Assembly: GCA_977016875.1 (NCBI GenBank)
Contig: CDRNST010000031.1
Location: 806,001-870,000 of the forward strand
DNA length: 64,000 nucleotides
From: Pavona decussata
Lineage: Eukaryota
Direction of reading: 5' to 3'
In this document: one piece after another, positions 26,801 to 41,967 of the stretch
Position numbering within the stretch: position 1 is the first letter of the stretch
Layout of the letters: each line of letters starts with the position of its first letter
The notes under the pieces: model-generated
Told to the model about the DNA's origin: nothing
Seen by the model: the letters and a program-made list of their open reading frames with translations, nothing else
Database searches by the model: none
Made by a program: the position numbers and the translations under genes

Positions 26801-29800
26801 ATGAGTTGATTATCAGTGTCGTATTTGTCACTCAAGTGCACAGCCGTTCGAGGTGGTTTTCCGAAGAGTATAACACCGTAATGAAGGCGTTCACGGCCAT
26901 ATTCATCGATGATTGACTGGACAACATCTTTAGCCTTCTGAAAGTTTTCCTCTCCTCGTGTTGCAATGGAACTGATTGCTACGATCATGTCGACTTTCTC
27001 GACTGGCGGATGATCTGTTATTAAAGATTCGTGTAGGTCAAACACATTATACACATTATAATACAAGAGCGGTTTTTTCATTGCCTATCATAAGTTAATG
27101 TATTGTTATCGCTTTGGCCAATCGCATGAAACGCATTAGCAATCAAATGAACAAATCAGAATTCAAAGCAAATACAACTTAACGTTACATTTCTATTAAG
27201 GGTGAAAGTGACCTTTACCCAATCATAGAGTTTAGCAGAGAAAAACAAAAGCATGCGCAAACCTTTCAAAAACCAATCTTGATGGAAAAAAAAAGTTTTA
27301 CCTTTAGCAATAGTTTTCATGATCTTCTTTCCCAAAGCTTTCGAATCCTCACTCTTTGGAGACTCAATCATATTCTTTCGGTTTGTAGTGACCTTTTCTA
27401 ATTCGTTAGGATTCGCGTCTGTGCCAATAATCACTGGAATAACCTGGAAAGAATAACAAAATATAACCTTTTAAATGGAGAACACTCGGATAGTATGGAA
27501 GAGTTTTCTGTGGTGATCATACTGCTTTTTGAGACATTTGCGAGCTCTTATTTTGAAAGACATCGCAGAGATCAACTGTCATGGAGTAGGTATACAGGTG
27601 CAATACAATTCAGTAGAAAGTTTACCATCAATTAAATACACAACAAGTTTCTGTCGATTGTTTTTAGGAGAAGATAAAGCCCTGGCCATTTACCAACCCT
27701 GTCCATACAAAAACGTGGGAACTGAAGTGTATTTTTTCTTCATAGCTACATTCCAACAAGCAATTATTAAAAATATACAGTAGATTTCGGCATGCATGTT
27801 GGAGTAACAACATTTTACGTTCTTTGTTCTTGTTATAACAATGATTTTCTAAGAACTAAACGTTTATTCCTTTCGTGTCCAAAATAAAATTGAGGAGTTA
27901 TAAAAACCCGAAACACAGAAACCTACCTTAATTTGATCCTCCTCTAGGGATTCTGCTCCTTGAGTAATCTCATCCGGTGTATTACTAGATTTGGCATCCA
28001 TAACAACAACCAAGAACTTCTTTGCCTCTGTTCTTTCTGGGGCCTTGTCGAACACGGCTTTTACTTTCTCCAAAGCCTCTGTAAGATTTGGAACTCCAGA
28101 GGCACGAGACATTCGGTCGATTTGTTCTCTCAGTTCGTCCACTGCCCTTATGTCCTGGAAACTGATATCTTCAAACGCGGATGAGCCAAATCTAACAACA
28201 GCATACCTGATCCTATCTGCACCGTAATATGTAATGATAAAATCAATGGCATCTTTGATTTTCTTGAAATTCTCTGCAGATCCAGCGGCGTTGGAACTGA
28301 TGGCGAAGGCCAGGTCAATCATGGGAGTTGCTACAGAACACAAAACAGCAGGTGAGAAAGGCATTGTGAACCATCAAACAAGTACAACAGTGTTTTATTA
28401 CACAGACAACATCAATCGTGCTCTTTGATATGCTCTTACCCCAAAAATATTACTTTAGTCACATCCCACTCAGAAAAGTTACACAGGTAAATCATATTCA
28501 GCCTTTATGAAATCTTGCTCTTACGAACAACCCGTTATTATGAAGAGGAATTATGGTCCAAGCGCAAAGGAATTTCTGGAAACAGTTCCCGCTGTTACAC
28601 CAAATGGTAGCTCCAAGGGTGTCAGTCGCAACCGCACTTGTATGTAAATGAGCTAACATACTTATAGTTGAAATATGTCTTTTGATAAATGGATAAAATT
28701 TTGTCAAACTTAAGCATTCCTCGAACCCTTTAGAAAATTTTCTTAGGTGATTACCCAGCGGCCAGAGGTTATTATAGGATTTCAACGCACTGTTACTTCG
28801 CATAGTCACATTTCTCTTGACAGCAGCTAACAGTGTGGACAGTCTCTGGATGAAAAATTATGTTCTCTATATGATTTACACATATATCCAACATTTTTCA
28901 ACATTTTTCAGAAAGAAAAACTTTAGGAAACTCTAGGGAGGAGGAGGATTTGAGAACTCATATGGGAAGCTACTCGCCGTTGGACCTAAGCCAGTTATCC
29001 AGATCATTTTTATGTGCCTTTGTGATGTTAGCCATAACCATACTAAGGTATCTGACAACGTTTGTTTTACTTTACAGTCAAATTACCCAAATTTTGAATT
29101 ACATATAAACCGACTATTTCTTTTACTCACCCTTTCGTATTTTGTCCATAATAGTTTCAGCAATCTTGCTTGTTTTGTTAGACGTGTCAGCTGGGATCAA
29201 ATTTTTGTCGTGTGGTGTTATCGACTGTAGTTCATCCTCATCAGACTCGCGGCCGAACGCGATTGGAATCACCTCCACGGTATCCTCCCACAATGGCTTG
29301 GCCAAGCTCTTGACATCCTCCTCATCACTGGTTGACTTCTTGTCCATAATCACCACAAGTACCTTTTCAGTAGTAATAACAATGATAAAAAAACTAAACT
29401 TCATGCCAGGCCGCCCTCTTACAAGCTAGAACTGAGATTTCAAAATTTAACGGCTTAGCCTGGAGGCGGAAAGCGCACGTTAAGACGACTGTTCATCCGA
29501 CAATGGAAGGACCAAGTCTTGTGCTTAAATACGCCAAGAAAAGAATGAACTGGGTATATGAGCTACGATTTGGTTAAGTTCGGATTTTCTGGAGTTCGAG
29601 TCTGGTAAAGGGAGACATGTTCAAATATAATTATTCTAATTATTATCATTATTACCCTAACTATTGATTTTAGTTTTTAGTTTAAGCATGATTTGGATGG
29701 TTTATTATGTTCCGATATAGCTAGTACTTGCTAGCGTATAGAAAAGAAACCGAAACACAACTCTGCTCGACTCGAACGTTTAAACCTTTTAAACGCTGCA

Positions 29801-32800
29801 TTTACACCCTAAATGCCCTGTAACGTTTAACCATTTCTATCAATTTGGTTTTATGACTATGTACTTTACCTTTCTCGTATCATCCCTTTCATACTCTTGA
29901 AACAATTCCGCAGCTTTTTGAAGAGCTTTGTCCAAAGCCGCACCATCTGTCGCTCTGCCCTGAGAGTCAAGGAAGCCTTTAAACTGACTATCAGTGTCAA
30001 ACACATCGGAAAATCGCAGCTTCACAGAAGGCACTTCTCCAAACACGATCAAACTGTAATGGATCCTTTCTTTGCCATATTCATCGACCATCGTCTTGAT
30101 AATGTCTTTCATCTTTTGGAACTTCTCATTGGCGTTGGTTGATAGTGCGCTGACAGCGAAGATTAAGTTAACCATTGGAACAGCAGGGAGGTCTATGACA
30201 AAAAAGTACCCATCATTTTAATCCCCAGTTCTTCAATACCTCACATATCTCAAATTACATAACTGCCTTACACTGATCTCAGTCAAAACTAGCCTTAGTG
30301 ACTTAAATGCTAAATTATACTAAACTGCAAAGTCAAATGATGCCGAAGCATTATTTATGTGAAAACAAAATGGTAATGAAACATAATTTCAGTTAAGCAT
30401 AACTAGGTTTCAAGTTTCAAGTTTCAAGCTTATTCAAAAATCAAAAAAATTAGCAAAAAAGAGAAACTGGCCCGCAGGTAGCGAGAGCTAATCTAGGAGG
30501 GTCAGGTTTGCGTCACATAACACCCAAGAAATGATTCCATATTACCAAAGCTTCCAGAAGGGGCACAAAATAGGTTTGACGGGATGTGACATACTAGGAA
30601 TTTTGAGGGAGGGAAGCAGATTGCTTATGTTAATGGTGGCGGGAGACGTTATGCGGTATTCTTCAAGAGAAATGGGGGACATTACTGAAATCGTAGTTAG
30701 GAAGTCGAACGAGAAAAACAAATCCTTCACTTCGCTTAATGCCAATTGGTGGATAATGACAATATTGAACTACAGTGACTTTTAAGCATGCCAAGGCGGA
30801 TCAGGATAAGCATTCTGGTTGACGCCTGATAGTGTTATTGGACCCGAAATCACTTCTTGCTATGGCGCGTTAAGGACGAGTGTGACAAATATTGAAGGAA
30901 GGAAGCGGAATTGTTGAAGTCTACAACTTCTGCAATTCACTGGCAGGGGTTTCGAATCGCTTTGAGCTGTCCATAAACTTCATTACAACAAAAAGCCTTT
31001 GTCGTTTTTTTGTATTCACTTGTGGATGTTTCTGTTTTCTGCCTACACCGAATGCTATTCAGATAACAAATTAAACCGGCGTGTTCTTATTGTGGCAAAT
31101 GAAATACTTACTCTTTATTGCCTTTCGCATAATTTCCTCTCCAAGTCTCTCCGGATCCTCGTCTATTCCAATAATGGCCATAAATTTCTTATTAGTTGTG
31201 ATCTTCTCCAATTCAGAGAGACTAGCTTGTGAACCAATGGCAACTGGCACCACTTTGATGTTATTATCCTCTAGTGGCTTGGCAGCGTCCTTTACTTCAC
31301 TAGCGCCACTAGCTGACTTCTTGTCCACAATCACAACAAGAACTTTTTTGGCTCCAGGGCGAGAAGGAGCTTGTTTGAACATCGTCTTTGCCTCTTGAAG
31401 AGCAGCGTCTAGGTTGGGCTCGCCAGATGGTTGACTGACTCTCGCTAAAGCCTTTCTCAGTGCTTCAGGACCAGGAAGGTCTGAGGTGAAGTTTACTTCC
31501 CTGTTGACGGTGTCTCCGAATGTGAGAAGAGCGTAACGAATATTGCTAGTTTCATAGCGTTCTGCGATGCTACTCAGTGATTCTTTTATTAACTTAAAAA
31601 TTTTCGTTGCATCCTGCGAGGATGCACTAATGGCAAAGCCCAGATCCAACAGCGGAATTGACGCAGTTTCTAAAAAGAAAAAATGAAACAACCAGTTTAG
31701 CAAAGTAATTGTAAGTTTTTTTGCTGTCATAAGTGACATGGGAACTGCTTGAAAAAGACCTATCAAGCAATAGCTTCACGAATATCACAATCTGTTCCAA
31801 TCCAGCCAAGATGGCAGAAGCCTTAAGTGGACGGATTACCTGCTCCTTTCGACGAAGCAACTCAAAGTATTACTATTCCTTTTGGACGGAATGCCAGACT
31901 ATAGATCAACACTTCCTTCATTATTTACTGTGTAACTACATGTATTTATCATGGCCACATTCACGAAGCTCTCCTAAGTTAACATGTATTCTTAGTATTG
32001 TTTCTTAACAATAAGCTATTGTTTGCCCAAGAATAAACTTTGTCAAGAAACTGGTCCCTTCGCTCTTTCTTTTGCAGGTGAAGTTTTTCATACAGTTTAC
32101 AGCTAGTTTCGTGTCTACAGACACAATACTAACAAGTAGGACAGAAATGACCAAAAATTAAACATCCCAACGGATGATTTTAGGTTTAAAATCTGACACG
32201 AATAGTGGTTGCGACACCTCGACTCAGCTGAAAAGAGAGTAAAGGCAAGCAGAGCACAAGTTACGACCTGACATAGGCATGCACTAAAATTGTTTATCAT
32301 CATACGACAAATCATACGCTCACCATTCAACGCTCTGTCCATGATATCCTTAGCAATGTCCTCCGGGGTTTCATCTTTTGAAGGCGTCAGCACATCTTCC
32401 TCCACCAGTGTGAGTGTCTGAAGCTCTGTTTTATCAGCCTGATCAAGCCCAACCGGTATCACACGAATACCAGTATCTTCTACAAGGCTTACAGCATCTT
32501 CAATATCATTTTCACTACTGTCCGACTTGCTGTCGATAACCACAACTAAGATCTTTTTAGCAGTGGGACGACCACCATTCTCCTCTGTGAACATGGATGG
32601 GGAATCTTCCAAGGCTTTGGCCAAGTCAGCGCCTCCTTTTAGATTGGGGATGGAATCTACGTACGCCATAAACTGCGAGTTGCTGTCCACCAGCAAGTTA
32701 AACTTCAGAGCAATCTCCAATTTGTCCTTTAATGTGGCCAAACTGTAGTGAACTTTGTTTATTCCATACTTTTTCACAATGTCTTTCATTATCTCCTTGG

Positions 32801-35800
32801 TTTTCCTCAAGTTGTCGCCAAAGTTTACAGCTGTAGTGCTGATGACAAAGGCCAGGTCAACCTCTGGAATTCTTGGTTTCTCTTTAGGTAGAAATCAAAG
32901 TTAAAAAAATATCAAAGAGAATAAAAGAAAAGTTTTTTTTGGCACTACAGGAAATCAAAATATGAGTATCCCTATTCCAAAGAATCTCTGGATATAGACT
33001 AAACAATAAAGGAATATAAATAAAGGATAATAAAGGATAATAAGAAGGATAATAAAGGATAATAAAGGATATAAGACCGTAACTGAAAGTGCCTAGAATT
33101 GTTAGTACAGTACCCACAGAGGAGGCAGTTGTAGGGAGGGATAATGTCATAACTGTGACGTGTAGTAGTTGTGACGTAATCTACCTTCAAGAGCGGTGGA
33201 CAAAATCTTAACTGCGACTTTATATGGATTATCATCCTTCTCAGTCTGTATAATATCATCCAGCCATGGTGTAATTTTCTGCAATTCGTTCTGATCGGCC
33301 TCGCCACCCATAGCTACAGGTATGACCCTGATATCTTCCATTTCAAGTTCTTTTGCTTCGTTTGTAACATTCTTCAGTTCACTTGTCGATCTCTTGTCTG
33401 TGATGACAACCAGAATTCTCTTAGCGTTTGGACGTCCCTCTGAAGTAAACTCCTTCGGGAAAAAGAAAAAGATATCATTACAGAACAATCGCTGTGCAAT
33501 GATAACAAAATATTGGTGGTGCCCATCTCCAAAAATTCTTCAAATTACCAGGCCATTACAGTCATTAGGAAGAGCCAACTTTGGCCAAACAGGAACGAGC
33601 CAGTTGCAAAAGAAAGGTTCACGAAGAATTTTCTCCGCGAAGGTTATAGTAAATAGAGTAAAATGTGAATAGGCTATTTTCACGATACCGTCATTTACTA
33701 TAACTACCAGAATCCTTCAGTTTGTTGTTTTCTGTTACAAATTGAGGATTTTGTTATCTCAACCTCACTGGAATTAAAAAATTTAAATAAGAAAGGAAAA
33801 ACGAAGAGGATTTGGTGGTTGTAGTAAAATAACGTTACCGTGGATATCGTCTATCGGGGGGGTGAGAATTCGGCTTGAAGCAGTTTGATTAATGAGTTGA
33901 GTGTGTAGAAGTCAATTGGACTGAACAGAACGCATTCCATACCTCTTTTGCTAGCCTTAGGACTTTGTTCAGTGAGGCTCCAGGAATCTTTCCCATTTTA
34001 CTGATCACACCCATGAGTGCTTCATCTGTTTCAAAGCTCATTTTGAAGCTTACTACACGCGTTGGTTTCTCTCCATACACTATAACTGAGTAAAGGATGT
34101 CACCCCTGCCGTATTTGTCAATCATGGCATTGATAATCTCTTTCATCTGCTTAAAGTTGTCTCCTTCATCCAGCTGTGACGTGGAACTGATCGCAAAAAT
34201 CATGTCTATCTCAGGAAGATCAATAAGGTCTAGAGAGGAAAATATAAATTTTAGCCAGTGTCATTGTTGTTGTTTTGCTTTAAATAGAAGAAAGAAAAGA
34301 AAAGCTCAGGCCATAACTGATGCAAAGGAGTCGTAAAGTACAATTTCCATAACTCAGAGCACAGTCAACTCTAACTATCACGAATCATACATCGAAAGCT
34401 GTACCCCTTGTTCACTTGATTACAAAAAATTAGCTCATCCTTTCGTTAAAGTGAAAAGTCGGATTGTGTTTCCGTTGACAGTTTGAGTTATAGGTAACAA
34501 GGATGACAGGCATATCTAACAAACGTTTGACACTATATGCTTTCAAACAGACTCATGATTATGGGTTGAGAACACCTAAAAGCCGACTATGTCAGTTCCT
34601 TTGCACAGCAAATACATCTGAATTACTCAAATTATCATAGAGTTGCATATATCGTGTTTAACATCGTTCATACCAGAGGTTACTTTATCCATAATGGCCT
34701 TGGCAAGCCTCTTAGGGGTTGTTGTCTTCTCTGCTTCAACCAAGTACCCTTCTGCTGAAGTTAAGTTTTTCAATTGGTCCTTGTCTGCATCGGAACCTAC
34801 TGCCACCGGTACTACTTTCACTTCATCCTTCTTCAATGGTTTGAGTGCCTCCTGGACGACTTCCTGTTCATCAATCGACTTCTTGTCCATGATTATCACA
34901 AGGACTTTCTTCGCATTTGGGCGGGGTGAAGCTTGATCGAATGCTCTCTTTACAGCTGCCAGAGCCTTTTGGAGGTCGGGCTCTCCAGTTGGACGAGAAA
35001 CTGAGCTGAGGAAAGTTCTTATCTAAACAGAACAAAACTGTGTTGTTAATGGTTTTTGTTAGTGATAGGTTTCAAAAGCACAAGCCTACGAATGTCCACG
35101 CGTTTGCATTTCCATGGTCGCAATAATGATGAGAGATGCCAAGATGTCGCGTGCTGTAGCCCATTACTTGAAAAGCAATAATAATCAAGGAAAAGGATAA
35201 AGAAAGCTGAAGAAATGACAACTATGATGTTATTAGTTTGGGTCAATGTATGGGATCACGAGGTGATAAAATATTTTCTTTCAACTTAAATTAATTAAAT
35301 GTAGTTCATTTTAACGGTATCGAATTGCCTACCGTTTGTTCGTCAGGAAGAGTCTGTCCAAAGTTCAGAGGTGATATGGTCTGATCGCCGAAAACCACCA
35401 CTGCATATCGCAGCTTGTTGGTTCTATACTCCTGCATGATCTCTTTCACCGTGTCTTTCATTTGCTGGAAAGTTGTTTCAGCGTCTGCCGCAGCCGAACT
35501 GATGGCAAATGCCAAGTCAATCTCACCGAGTGTGGCGGCTTCTGCGAGTAAATTTCACTATTTATTAAGAAATAAAACGCACCAGCCTAACAACTTGTTA
35601 TTTGTATCCCTTCAAATAAGTTAGTTTTCTAGTAGTTATAGTTTTAGATCTATGAAGGGAAGGGTTTTCATTACTGGTATATAGATCACAATGTATACGA
35701 TGGCTACCGAAACGCTTGGTGCCCCCTCACCGTTCCTTATTTGAAGCCCACATGAAGCCTCTATTCCAGTAGCATATATATCAATATTATTATCTAACTC

Positions 35801-36677
35801 CAACATTCAATGCCACGTTAAAGGATAAACATGAAAAACTTGAATTGTACACTTACTGTCCAGGATGCGTTCCATAACTTTCTCTACAATCTTGGCTGGA
35901 GACGTTGAATCAGTGACATTAATGACGTCCTCTGTGATGCCAGTGACGTTATCCAGCTCACCACCAGACTCGTTTCCAAGGGCGACACCAATCACCCGGA
36001 TGTCCTTTTCATGAAGAATTTCTGCCCATACCTTCACGTCCTGTGTTTTGCTATCTGAGTTTTTGTCTGTTATCACAACCAAAACTTTCAAAGCATTGCT
36101 TCTGGCACCGTTAGAAGCCTTAAAGAGATCCCTCGCACCTTCCAAAGCCTCGTCAAGGGATGCTGTTCCAGGATTCTGCGGAATGTTTTCCACATACCGC
36201 ATCAAAAGGTTATCGGCGCTTACTGAATCATTAAAACGAACATGAATCGTTGGAGTCGATCCAAACGTCAGAACACTGTATGCCATTCTGTGAGATCCAT
36301 ACTTTTCAATAAACGTCTTGATGACTTCTTGCATCTTCTTGAAGTGCTCTTTGGCATTTGCTGCGGTGGCACTGATTGCAAATCCCAAGTCAACTATCAG
36401 GATGACCGGTTTCTCTAAAATGAATCAGGAAAAAAGTTACTCCTACATATCGGTAAAGCCCTTCATTTGCTGTACAAATGTGGCACATACTTGTCTCCTG
36501 ATATCATTATTATTGTTGTTGTTATTGTTATTGTTATTGTTGTTGTTATCGTTATTGTTATTGAATTATTATTGGTGAGCTGGCACTCAGGTTTCAATAG
36601 AATCAAACTGTATCTAGTAGATTTTATTCTTGCAAATAATAAAGTTATCATTCTATTTATTAATTATATTAAAAAAA

Positions 36678-36738
<61 letters not shown>

Positions 36739-39700
36739 GTCCACTGTCGTCAAACATTTGTATACAAACGCCATTTCTTACCTTCTGCTATTTTCATGGA
36801 AATTTCTTTGGCAATGTCTTTTGGATCACTTGTGTCATTGGCTCTAACGACATTCTGTTTATTTGTGGTGGTTGCTGTCGTTTCGTCAGGATCAGCTAGA
36901 CTACCAAAGGCCACTGGAATGACTTTGATGCCATCTTGTTCCAACTTGCCAGCAGCATTCCTTACATCGTCAATGCCGCTTTCAGATTTCTGATCCACTA
37001 CAACCACCACCACCTTCTTTGAGTCTGGACGACTGCCTTCAGTAAATACTTCCCTGGCTTTTTCCAATGCAGTGTGAAGAGATGCTCCGTCCGTCGGTCT
37101 TGGGAGAAGCCCTATGGTGTTTTTCAAAGCATCCTCGGTGAACTGTTCAGTGAATTTGATTCTGACAGTGGGATCTCGGCCAAATAGTATGACGCTGTAG
37201 TAAACCCTCTGGACACCATACAGGTCAATCACCTCTTTGACGATCTCTTTGATCTTAGCAAAGTTCACGCTGGCACTTGGTGAGCTGGCACTTATGACAA
37301 ATGCAAGGTCCATGTCACGCACGTCTGGTAAATCTGGTGATAAATAATTTGTTGAAAAAATTCTCACCTTAGCTAAGAACCAATTCTAAGGCAGGAATAC
37401 ATTGACAAAGGTTGAAAGTGCTAAATATAATTTCGTGAGTCTTGTTTCTTCTTTTTACATTTAGTTCTGGTTCTAAGGTAACTTTCAAGACCGCCGATTA
37501 CATCCTAATGTATGGCCAATGAAATAAAGACACTTGAAGAGTAATTTCCTGTGGGTACTGTTTGATTTGTTGTGGATTAGAAAGAAACCTTAAGAATTAT
37601 GTTCAGTCTCCAACTTGTCGGTACTCTTGAAAGTATAGTTATAAAATCTGAGACGCTTATGTCTTTTATTATAGAAAAATATATTAGCCAAAATAAAAGC
37701 TGTCGCGAACGGAGTCCCATTTTCCTGAACATGTTGAACCCATTAAGATTAAAAGTCCCAAGTCCGAAGAAATCATCCTCCTAACAACGTTAGTGTATCT
37801 ATGGCCAGCAAAAAAAAAAAATTACAGTACATTTAAGTTTTTGAAAGTGAGATAACAACCAAACGATGTTGAACATCTGATCTGAGGGCATGAACAGTGC
37901 GACACTATACCTTTCAACACTTTGTCCATTATATCTTCAGCTGTCGTATCGGGATCCAACTCTCTCGGTGTGTCAATCAAATATCCTCTGTTTGATGAGA
38001 TTTGTTCCAGTTCGGTTGGGTCAGCCGATGAACCAACAGCTACAGGTACAATTTTAACTTCTTCTTCCTCCAGAGGCGTCAAAGCCTCCTTTACATCCTC
38101 CGGACTACTCGTGGATTCCTTGTCAATAATTACAACTAGAACTTTTTTGACGCCAGGTCGACTTGGCGCGGAATCAAACATGTTTTTCGCTTCTTCTAAA
38201 GCTTTCTGTAGGTCAGGTTCCCCGGCTGGGGGTTGGGCAGACATTATTTTTGCCTTCAAGGAGTTTACGTCAGCAGATTCGTCGGTGAAGTTCAGTTTTC
38301 TCCTTGCCTCACTTCCAAAGACTATGAGGCCATAGCGGAGCCTACTGGAGATTCCGTATTCTTCAATTATGGTATTTATAGTATCCTTTATGCGCTGAAA
38401 GGTATCCGAAGCTGACACTGCTGTGGCACTTATGACAAATCCTAAATCAATCTTGGGAACTCGAAGTTTATCTGAAAAATAAAAAATACAAGATTGAAGA
38501 TAAAAAATTAAAACTAATAATTCCACGCTAGTCACCGACAAAACATGGCTTAACAAGCCGAAAGGGAGGCTTATAACTGGAACCTTATAACTGTTGCAAA
38601 AATATGTGTCATCTGGATGTATTTGTTAAAATAATTATCTAGAAATGTTATCGTTAACGAAGCATCCTCCTCCGTACATATCTTGTGCTATGGTAAATTT
38701 GATAGCTTGGCTTGATGGTAGATTTGATAAAGCACATTGACAAATTGACAAAGATAACAACTACATGTATATAAAAATAGGAATGTTGTGTTGATAGTGA
38801 AGGAATCTGTGTAATTTGCAGGTGGTAAACAATTTAACACCGTACCAAACGAACAAAGGCTGAAATCTCGTTAGTGCAATCCGAAAGTATCCAAACAACT
38901 TTTCTTTATAATTTTTATCATTTATAACGTTTTCGATTTAAGCCCTTTTAAATCATGTTTCTCTAGAATATTAAAATTCTTATTATCCGGCTGGACACCC
39001 ATGGACACCAGCACATGCTGACGGGCTTAATTATGGTAGTACGAAACGTAAGAATGCCCATGAAACTTCACCACAGAAACACTCTACTACGTAACTAACT
39101 CCTGTCAAATTTCTAAAAGCAAAGACAACAGTAATTGCTATCGTTAACATTATCAATACCATAACCCTTGAAATTACCATTACCATTGTCATTGTCATTA
39201 TTTATTTTTAAATCACGTACCATTAAGCATATTATCAATAATCTTATTTGCAATCTCCCTGGGCTTATCGGTGTCATTTGGTTTGATGGCATCCTCCTTG
39301 ATGGGCACAATTGTCTCCACTTCACGCACGTTATCCTCATCCCCTAAAGCCACTGCAATGACTCGTATTCCTTCATTGTCCAACAAATTGGATGCTTTCT
39401 TAGCGTCTCCATTACTACTGTCCGACTCCTTATCAATCATAACTACCAAGACCTTCTTTGCGTCTGCCCTTCCACCGGCAGCGGGACTGAACAGCATTTT
39501 GGCTTCATTAAGAGCTTTAGCTAGTGCAGCTCCTTTAGATGGCTTCGAGACACTTTCAATCAAGACTTTCAAAGCAGACGAACTGTTCGATTTATCGGCG
39601 AATCGGAGATGTACTGTAGGGGGGTCGCCAAATGTTAATAAACTGTAGTGCACTTTTTCTTGGACGCCAAATCTGTGGATGAATTCTTTCACCGTGTCTT

Positions 39701-40813
39701 TCATCTTCTTAAAGTTTGCTTCTGATTGGAAGGCTGCGGCGCTTATAGCAAAGGCAATATCCATTTTTGGGACATTAAAATCTAGTGGATAAAGCATGCG
39801 AGAGTGAAAATTAATATCTTAAACATGTCGAGAATAAAATGTGACAGAACAGCTCTAGTTAAAGTTAGCATCAGTAGTAAGCTGTCGTGTAAATATGACA
39901 GTTATCTTGAGCTCTTCAACAAAACTGGGCAACTAAACGCCTCGTCAAATTTTTGAAGAAACAAAGTGTGACACCCCGCTTCTACTATCCCTCATCTAGA
40001 GACATACAATTAAATCTTAAGTTGACTTGATTAAAGGTCGATTTAGGGCCAACAACTTTGCAGAGATCACAGGGAAATGCCATTGCGTTGTTCGTTGGTA
40101 CAGAACATATTGGAAATTGCGCATACACCAAAACGATTTCTAGTATCAAAGCATATAGTACTGGTCTAGTTCCCATGGCCGCAATCATTTAGTTCAAGTT
40201 AGTTTAAAGAAAGAAAACTTTCGCAGTTTATTTAACACAAAGCTGTATATTATTGGGCTGGATATTTCTTTTGAAATAAGCCTAACAGTAAAATAGACAA
40301 AACATGATTCATTAACATACCCATGCAGCTGTATTATACAACTTTCCGTCAAAAAACGTTTTTGTGAGGTGTCTAGAAGTAACAATCTCCAAGCAATCTT
40401 TTCCAATTAGACAGTGGTTCGTATTACTTAAGGAAGCGAGAATTTGTTCAACCTCGATTCTCTTCGGTGACATATGGAAAACACTCACTTCGTTACCTAG
40501 GGCCTAAACTGTGGAATGATCTCACTCCTAGAATAAGATATCAACCCTCTCTGAAGCAATTCAAAAGAGTCATACGTAATCAGGACCTTACTGCCCTAGC
40601 AGCAAATGTCAGTAACTGTCGAGGCTGCAACCTATGCCGAGAATGACAAGGGTTTACATGATTTTTTGCGATTGATGTATGAAATTTTATTAATATGGTT
40701 TACGATGTAAATTTTAATTCATTTTTTTTAGAATTTTCTAGAATTTAGTTTGGTGTTCACTATTAGTAGAGGGGACTTCTCCCCTCAGCTACATTTCTTG
40801 ACACGTTAATAAA

Positions 40814-40852
<39 letters not shown>

Positions 40853-40925
40853 GCTCTTTTTTCTACTTTTAACTTGTAAATATCAATTTTGCTTGGAATA
40901 TTATAATAAAGAAAGATTTTATTTA

Positions 40926-40969
<44 letters not shown>

Positions 40970-41921
40970 TAATATTATTATTATTATTATTATTATTATT
41001 ACGGGTGGTTTCCTATACTTTGATTCTCCGGAAATCCTGCATAGGTACAAATCATCACTACGGATGTTACTGACCTTCCAAAACTTTCTCCATGATTTCC
41101 TCAGCTACGGCATCGGGGTTTTCAGTATTTGGAACGTCTATCAAATTGTCTTTTTCTGAAGTTGTTTCTTCGATTTCATCCGGATCAGCTTCTCTCCCAA
41201 AGGCAACTGGAATTACCTTGATGCGAGATCTCCACAGATCTTCTGCGGAATCTTTGACGTCTTCAAGGCTGCTATCGGACTGTTTGTCGGTGACAAGAAC
41301 CAACACTCTTTTCGCATCAGGCCGAGGAGAAAGCTCGAAAAGATTTCTAACTGCGTCCAGTGCACTTTCAAGGTTTGATCCTTCTCTATTTGTTGTCGTG
41401 TTTTGTATGATATTTTTCAGCTGCTCATCATTGACTGGTTGAGTAAAGCTGACCTTAACTGTAGGGGTGTTTCCAAACACGACAACGCCAAATTGGATTT
41501 TTCCAACTCCATACTTGGTTATGACCCAGTCAATAATGTCTTTCATTTTTTGGAAGTTTTCGTCTGAGTCCAAGGCAGCATTTGCACTGATAGCAAAAGC
41601 CAAATCTAAGTCACGTACCTGCGGGATGGCTGCAAGAAAGTAGAGAAAATGCTTAAAGTTAGAAATGTAAGGAGGTTATCATCCTGATGAATTTGTACCA
41701 GGCATATAAATTATGTTGTAGCACTGTTCCATTGTAAGTAATAACATCTTCGCTGTGATAAAAACGTTCATTGTTATCATGGGAGAAAACTCGAAGCTTG
41801 ACAGTTGAAAACACGTCTAAGCAAGAGTAGATAAACAGATCAAATAGAAGAAAGATCCCCGCAGTTACTACGCAACTTAAGCAGTCTCAAAAAGAAAGCC
41901 TGAAAAAAAAATTTAGGCTTG

Positions 41922-41967
<46 letters not shown>

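Noticed and set aside
34099-34107. RGD tripeptide in vWA25 (KYGRGDIL)
   Set aside because: A single occurrence in ~8,500 aa is compatible with chance, and it is not conserved in other type-B domains.
36318-36899. Poly-Leu/Tyr/Ile ORFs (also 2656-3001, 40893-41159)
   Set aside because: Translations of intronic trinucleotide microsatellites.
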